Part shown: in pieces, positions 61,040 through 64,000 of the stretch
Position numbering within the stretch: the stretch's first letter is position 1
Layout of the letters: every line of letters starts with the position of its first letter
Assembly (NCBI GenBank): GCA_030390025.1
Contig: JASTWF010000329.1
Coordinates: 124,001 to 188,000 of the forward strand
Direction of reading: 5' to 3'
Length of the DNA stretch: 64,000 nt
Source of the DNA: Squalus acanthias
Lineage: Eukaryota
The notes under the pieces: model-generated
Told to the model about the DNA's origin: nothing
The model's database searches: none
Seen by the model: the letters and a program-made list of their open reading frames with translations, nothing else
Program-made: the position numbers and the translations under genes

Positions 61040-62290
61040 GCATTCCCCGCGAGGGAGAATGTGCCGCACCAGGACTACAGGAGCCCAGTGCGCAGGCGCG
61101 GGACACGTCTGGGTTTGGAGCATCCGCGGTGCGTGTCATCTCAGAGGACGGTGCTTGTGGAACAGCTCCTGACCAATCTGTGAGAAGCGGCCAACGGAGC
61201 GGAGTAATTGACCGGCGGGTGGTCGGGGAGGCCGCAAGCCCCGAATAATAACCTGAAGGTCCCGCGTTTGCAGCTTCGGGGCTTCTCTTATTATTATCTT
61301 AATGGCGAGAAACTGGAAAGTACTGCAGTACAAAGGGATCTGGGGGTCCTAGTGCAAGAAAATCAAAAAGTTAGTATGCAGGTGCAGCAGGTGATCAAGA
61401 AGGCCAACGGAATGTTGGCTTTTATTGCTTGGGGGATAGATTATAAAAACAGGGAGGTATTGCTGCAGTTATATAAGGTATTGGTGAGACCACATCTGGA
61501 ATACTGCATACAGTTTTGGTGTCCATACTTAAGAAAAGACATACTTGCTCTCGAGGCAGTGCAACGAAGGTTCACTCGGTTGGTCCCCGGGATGAGGGGG
61601 TTGACATATGAGGAGAGGTTGAGTAGATTGGGACTCTACTCATTGGAGTTCAGAAGAGTGAGAGGCGATCTTATTGAAACATATAAGATTGTGAAAGGGC
61701 TTGATCGGGTGGATGCGGTAAGGATGTTCCCAAGGATGGGTGAAACTAGAACTAGGGGGCATAATCTTAGAATAAAGGGCTGCTCTTTCAAAACTGAGAT
61801 GAGGAGAAACTTCTTCACTCAGAGGGTAGTAGGTCTGTGGAATTTGCTGCCCCAGGAAGCTGTGGAAGCTACTTCATTAAATAAACTTAAAACAGAAATA
61901 GACAGTTTCCTAGAAGTAAAGGGAATTAGGGGTTACGGGGAGCGGGCAGGAAATTGGACATGAGGCTGAGTTCGGATCGGTCGAGGCCCTGTGGGTGGCG
62001 TTGCGGGCCCAGGGGCTGAGTGGCCGGGTCCTGCTCCTACTTCTTCTGTTCTTTAGATTTGAGGTGAGGATCAGATCAGCCATGATCTTATTGAATGGCG
62101 GAGCAGGCTCGAAGGGCCGATTGGCCTACTCCTGCTCCTATTTCTTATGTTCTTATGTTCTCCCGGTCACAGGTCCAGGATAACGGCCGCCATTTTGATT
62201 CAGTGAGTAGCAAAGCGCATGCGCGGTCATCTTGGTGAGGAACAAAGAGTGGGCGGGGCTTCAGTGTCTATTCCCAACCGGGTCCTAGTG
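61040..62290 (+). promoter_or_regulatory. ZNF promoter module of type-A copy 3, split by a CR1 insertion
   Basis: 61040-61287 aligns to 49990-50275 and resumes at 62161 (TCCCGGTCACAGG) with GGCCGCCATTTTG, GCGCATGCGC and GGGCGGGG. Confidence 0.62.
61288..62160 (+). mobile_element. CR1-clade LINE 3' fragment, same subfamily as 56100-58022
   Basis: YYLNGEKLESTAVQRDLGVLVQENQK.. nearly identical to the other copy, with the same doubled 3' end. Confidence 0.94.
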
Positions 62291-62436
62291 CCCGGGAGAG
62301 TAAATCAGTGACTCAGTTATTTGATTCAGACTCTCCACACTTCTGATTTCTCACCATCTCTCCTGAAGGCGCTGGTAAAAGCAGAGCAGATGGTTAACAT
62401 CCCACACAATTGTAACAGAAGAGCCCCAGAGCTGGG

Positions 62437-63060
62437 CCCCTTGTACAGTCCCAGGATAGGAATCCCCATGTACAGTCCCAGGGTTAGAATCCCCATGTAC
62501 AGTCCCAGGGTTGGAATCCCCATGTACAGTCCCAGGGATGTAATCTCCATGTACAGTCCCAGGGTTGGAATCCCCAAGTACAGTCCCAGGGTTAGAATCC
62601 CCATGTACAGTCCCAGGGTTGGAATCCCCATGTACAGTCCCAGGGTTAGAATCCCCATGTACAGTCCCAGGGTTGGAATCCCCATGTACAGTCCCAGGGT
62701 TGGAATCCCCATGTACAGACCCAGGGTTAGAATCCCCATGTACAGTCCCAGGGTTGGATTCCCCATGTACAGTTCCAGGGTTAGAATCCCCATGTACAGT
62801 CCCAGGGTTGGAATCCCCATGTACAGTCCCAGGGTTGGAATCCCCATGTACAGTCCCAGGGTTGGAATCCCCATGTACAGTCCCAGGGTTGGAATCCCCA
62901 TGTACAGTCCCAGGGTTAGAATCCCCATGTACAGTCCCAGGGTTAGAATCCCCATGTACAGTCCCAGGGTTGGAATCCCCATGTACAGTCCCAGGGTTAG
63001 AATCCCCATGTACAGTCCCAGGGTTGGAATCCCCATGTACAGTCCCAGGGTTGGAACCTT
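62437..63060. repeat. 27-bp minisatellite, ~23 copies
   Basis: Same unit as 9637-10420. Confidence 0.96.
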
Positions 63061-63661
63061 CAGCAACACCAAGTGCGGTTTTCAGGCCCCGAGTCGGAGC
63101 CGCCGGGCCCGGGGCAACACCGAGTGGGAACGGCGATATATGCCCAAGTCAGGATAGTGTGTGACTTGGAGGGGAACTGGGAGGTGATGGTGTTCCCATG
63201 CACCTGCTGCCCTTGTCCTTCTAGGTGGTGGAGGTCGCGTGTTTGGGAGGTGCTGTCAAAGTTCTAGTCGAGTTACAGATGTATAAAGTCGCTCTCCTTC
63301 ACCCTCCCCCTCCCACCTCACTCTCTCTCCTCCCATAGAGGCTAGAGCCTTGTGTAGGCCCAGACCGGGTGGCGGGTTCCCTTCCCTGAAGGACATTAGT
63401 GAACCAGTTGAGTTTTTACGTCAATCCGGCAGCTTTCATGGTCACTTTTTTCTAGTGCCGGCCCCACAAATTCCCAGATTCATTCAACTCAATTTCACAA
63501 CCTGCCTTTGTGTTTTTGTGGGTTCTCTCTCACCCTCCCTTTTTCCTGTTTTAAATTAATTTTACAGGCTGTTAGAAGGGGAGGATTTGCAGACGGGAAA
63601 CTCAAACCAAACATCACTTCAAGATCTGACAGAGTCGCTCGATTCATCATGACCTTTGAAC

Positions 63662-64000
63662 ATGGAAGCAGAAAGCACCGTTCAGAACGGGGAGAAATCG
63701 TACACGTGTTCTGTGTGTGGACGAGGCTTCAGCCGATCCTCTGGCCTGTCGAGACACAAGCGCAGTCACACCAGGGAGAGACCGTTCACCTGCACTGAGT
63801 GTGGGAAGGGATTCACTAATTCATCCAACCTGCTGCAGCACCAGCGAGTTCACACTGACGAGAGACCTTTTAAATGCCCGGACTGCGGGAAGTGCTATAA
63901 AAGTTCCAGGGAACTGACACGCCATCAAAGTGTTCACTCTGACGAGAGACCGTTCAGGTGCTCTCACTGCGGGACTGGGTTCAGGCGATCATCTCACCTC
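63662..64000 (+). CDS. C2H2 zinc-finger protein, type A copy 3 (partial, runs off right edge)
   Basis: Acceptor ends at 63567. Manual translation gives [36 protein letters not shown]..., open through more than 3 fingers to the edge. Confidence 0.9.
   Translation, partial: MEAESTVQNGEKSYTCSVCGRGFSRSSGLSRHKRSHTRERPFTCTECGKGFTNSSNLLQHQRVHTDERPFKCPDCGKCYKSSRELTRHQSVHSDERPFRCSHCGTGFRRSSHL

Overview
This is eukaryotic vertebrate DNA, most likely from a cartilaginous fish (shark). That is inferred from the V-SINE/HE1-like and Deu-SINE-like SINEs, abundant CR1 LINE fragments and the style of the zinc-finger genes. The window is a tandem/inverted cluster of single-coding-exon C2H2 zinc-finger genes with no visible effector domain. 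There are three open type-A copies, two type-B copies with shared in-frame UGAs, and one decayed copy. They sit among CR1 fragments, SINEs, a Penelope-like element, several minisatellites, a 6.5-kb 107-bp satellite and a three-copy uncharacterised 1.9-kb element. The most striking system is a young Tx1-clade non-LTR retrotransposon. All its visible junctions fall at one sequence (CAACACCAGGTTATA) inside a hammerhead-ribozyme-bearing Penelope-type terminal repeat. Its 5' end carries a copy of that target, which regenerates the site and gives head-to-tail arrays. Family names come from recognising motifs; no database search was run.
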